NCBI RefSeq assembly: GCF_964188315.1
Contig: NC_135660.1
Location: forward strand, 30,814,001-30,878,000
DNA from: Podarcis muralis
Taxonomy: Eukaryota
Direction of reading: 5' to 3'
Length of the DNA: 64,000 nucleotides
The translations under genes were made by a program, and so were the position numbers. How positions within the stretch are numbered: the first letter of the stretch is position 1; each line of letters opens with the position of its first letter. Below, one piece after another: positions 60,549 to 64,000 of the stretch. The notes below the pieces were generated by a model. It was not told the DNA's origin, ran no database searches, and saw nothing but the letters and a program-made list of their open reading frames with translations.

Positions 60549-63149
60549 TTGGAAATAGAGTCCTCTCTCTCCTGTCTGCTTATTTTGCAAGCAATTCAGT
60601 GCTGCCTTGGCCTTGAGGTCCTGACAGCTCGTTAGTTTGAAGTTGCTTTCTGATCTGAACGATTCTTCTCTTCTCCCAACAGAAGCTGCATTTCTGCCAT
60701 CTGCTAGCACAAGACCCACCATGGGCCTCTCCCTTCACCTTATCAGGTTAGTAAAGGATGCCAAGAGCCTGCTGGCCTTCTGCAGAAGACTGGGGGCTGG
60801 CATCAAAGCTAGGAGAGCAACAAATTCTCCTAACCCAGATGAGGCTTCATGTAACAGATACCAGAAAGGCAACATTTTGTGTGAACTTTGCTTAAAGGTA
60901 CCTGTTGCCGTAGTAATTAGGGGCAGGCTGTTTTGACCAAGGAAATCAGTTTTGGGGGTTCACGAGCTGTCCATGCATTCTGTTATCCAATCACATTGCT
61001 GAAAAGGTGATCACGCATGTAAATGTAATAAAAGTAATAAATAATAAATGTAATAAAAGTATCTTGAATTTTGTATTCAGGGTTCCGGGTTTTCAGAAAT
61101 ATCCACTGAGGCCTCTAAATATATGTTGCAGCAATAAATATAAACTCTTTCCATGTGCTGAGTCTTCTTTTGGCTGAAGGGTCAGCCTGAAGGCAGCCTG
61201 GCCAGTTTTGGGGCTCGGCACGTGTGTGACATTATGCATGCGTGATGCATCCCCCCCCTCAATGTTGGGGGCAATTCAACACATCTGATCTACCCTGACT
61301 GGCAGCAGTTTCCAAGGTTCTAGGCAGGGGACTGTCCTAGCCTTAACTGGAGATGCTGGATCTGACGCTTTCTGCAGATGCTTCAGTTAGATAAGGAAGT
61401 GGTAGGCCATGAGGCTTCACTAGATCCCATTCAGACTTCTAACATTCCTGCAAATCTCCAACGTTGTGTTTCTCAACAAAGTTGTAGCCCGAGTTTTCCC
61501 AATGCACTCTTTGTTCTAGGCAGGGGTGTAATCATTCACTCCCTACTAGCTGTCTCTTGACCATCTAAACCTCATTTGTCAGAAACATTTTTATGCTTCC
61601 TTTCCCAGCTAAAACACTGTCTTCATGTTGCCTCTTGAGGAAAGGTTGGAGATTTTGTTATGGCTCTTCAGGTTTCAGGTCCTTTTCCCAAGCCTCTCAA
61701 AGTGATACTTTGACTTACTGCAAAGTACTTACTGTTACATCGACTGTCTACAAGGCATATTTACCTTTGATTTCAATGGGGCAGTTAAGCACCTGCTGAA
61801 AACTGGGAGATTTCAAACTGTTTCTATTGTACCCGGAGTGAGTGGATGCTAGCAGGATGACAGATATCAGCAGTGCAGCAAAAATGTCCAAAAGAAAAGC
61901 GATTTAAAAGGACACAGAAGGGGGTGGGGAGGAAAAGCAGTAGCCTATGAAGACCCCAAAGCAATTAATTAGAAAGGATACACCAGTTGGAACAAAATGA
62001 TTAGTATGATATTATTTTTATAGATTTCTGTCCCGCCTTTAATGATCCCCAGCCTGACAAGGTGGCATAAAACAATAAAATAGCAAAGAGTGTTAACATT
62101 AAAGTATCAACATTAAAATAAGAGCAGCAGATACATATATGATAAAACAGAGCGCCATAAAATTATCCAAATTCAGACTGGAATGTAAACAGCTATATGC
62201 ATCTCCCTGGGGAAGGCAGGTATTCCAAAGATATATTCTGTGCATAAATCTGGGAAAATATTGCACATTTCTAAATATCAGCAAAAAGTATTTTTCAAGC
62301 AAGCCTTTATTATTGGACTTCTGCTCTGAAACAATCCTTTATTTATAAATATTTCAGACAGCAGTGGAGCAATGTCACATTTCTGGCTTTATGCACAACT
62401 AGGTGCCATTAATATATAGATATGATATTTCCTGACAGAAAGGTGGAATGACCAGTCTAGGAAAAGAGGTCGGAGCTCACCGTGAACTTCTTCCTTGTTC
62501 TTTTAGAATGGCAGTGGAGCCCACCTGAGAGGTACCAGAGCTGAGCTCCTGTGAGCTAACAAACACCTAATTAAACATTAGCCCTACTTCCCAAATTGAT
62601 TAGGGGCTGGATCTGGGTCAGAGGATTGGGACAGCTCAGGTCAGGGTACCATCTTCTGTTGTTGAAGTTGAGAGCCAGTACTCTTTTGACATTCTGAGTT
62701 TTCATATGTCTTCTCTGGTGTCAAATAAGGGTTCCTTTTCAACTGAAGCTTTCACTGCAACCTCAGCATTTGTGAGGTTTCTCTCCCAAGTGGATCTTTT
62801 CATGTCTCTAAAGAGTTGAGCAGTTGTGGCTTTTACGTCATGTGAAAGATGAAATAAAACATGAAAATTAACATAAACATCAGGAAAATGGAATAAAGTG
62901 CTGTCTGAATGCAGCCGCTGAGTAGATCCATTGAAATTAAGGTACATGACTAACTTAGGTCTGTTATAGGTTTGTAGGATACAACTTGAGCTTTTCTGGT
63001 TTTTGCCAGAATGGGATGCAAATTGCAGGCATGGTTCTGCTTCTGAGTAGGATGAAATCTGACAAATTCCAGAAATTCAGAGGTGCAAGTCTGGGCAGTG
63101 TGTATGGAGATCCTGGGTTGCCCAGACAACAAGACTCCTTCTTGGTCTC

Positions 63150-63670
63150 GCTGATGTGGTCCACAGGAAAGCAGAGCAGTATGTTTGACTTAGTTGTAAG
63201 AGTTGCCAGAAGGAAGCGCGCATACAAGGTGCCATCCAACCATCTTAGGGACTCCACTCCAGATTTGTGTAGAGTTTCACAAGGTTGATTGCAAGGTCAG
63301 CAGTTTGAATCCACACAATGGGGTGACCTCCTATTGCTCTGTTCCAGCTCCTGCCAACCTAGCAGTTCGAAAGCATACCAGCACAAGTAGATAAATAGGG
63401 GCTGCTATGGCAGGAAGTTAATGGCATTTCTGTGCACTCTGGCTTCCACCACAGTGTCCCATTGCACCAGAAGTGATTTAGTTATGCGGGCCACATGACC
63501 CGGACAAGCTGTCTGTGGAAAAACACTGGTTCCCTCAGCCTGAAAGCAGAGATTAAGCTGCACCCCATAGTTGGATTTGACTGGACTTAACCATCCAGGG
63601 ATCCTTTACTTTTACCTTAGAGTTTACTTCTTAGCCTTTTCTTCTCCTCAAGATGTCCCACAAGGTAGAT
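63150..63670. repeat. unclassified interspersed repeat split by a Sauria SINE
   Basis: cttagggactccactccagatttgtgtagagttt | acttcttagccttttcttctcctcaagatgtcccacaagg reads continuously across the SINE TSD; classification uncertain. Confidence 0.45.
63278..63617 (+). mobile_element. Sauria SINE, subfamily C, 5'-truncated
   Basis: core ctagcagttcgaaagc...agtagataaatagg and tail ctggacttaaccatccagggatcctttacttttacct; 8-bp TSD tagagttt (63270-63277 / 63618-63625). Confidence 0.92.
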
Positions 63671-64000
63671 GGTATGTATTTTTCCATGGGGGTTCACTTC
63701 CAAATCCTTTAAACAACTGGGCAACAAACAAATCCAGCAAGTAAAAATTACCCAGCTATCTAGCTTCAGTGCTGTGAGCGTCTGCTTCCAGACAGCAGTT
63801 AAAGGTTCAGGAGTCCTGCCAGGAACAATGTTAGCCATCTTAGCTACTGCCTGTGGAAGATATTACTTCTGGGAAGAAACATCTGGACCAACAGGCTTTT
63901 TGATGTACAATACTGTAGAAATAACCAGAGGAACATCTGTAGCAACATTTGTTTGTTTTCTTCAAAGGTAATAAATAGTTTCATAAAACATAGCAACAGT

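Overview
Vertebrate nuclear DNA, most likely a lacertid lizard (Podarcis/Lacerta-like). That assignment is inferred from full-length Sauria SINEs, Squam3- and Squam2-like SINEs and a BovB fragment. I recognise no host protein-coding gene, tRNA/rRNA gene or CRISPR array, so the window looks like a gene desert or a large intron. It is dense in repeats: 7 Sauria SINEs in 3 subfamilies, CR1/L2/RTE/BovB/Penelope fragments, hAT and Tc1/mariner-pogo MITEs, an internally deleted mariner, and at least 8 solo-LTR-like elements, many of them nested. There is one 200-N assembly gap (31241-31440). The most notable signal is that four LTRs from at least two, probably three, diverged families (8774-9455, 30867-31240, 57558-58066, 57403-58481) each carry an ORF or ORF remnant starting at the LTR 5' edge. 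In two copies it visibly lies upstream of a TATA-like box. The shared design is Trp plus an acidic tract, then an SP motif and an xALR/LRxxE(Q/R) segment, and in two copies an RRSxRL-like motif. The 8778-9128 copy is intact (116 aa). This suggests an LTR(U3)-encoded, possibly chromatin-binding microprotein; the function is inference only. Several TE-free AT-rich blocks look like conserved non-coding elements, but this cannot be shown without alignments.
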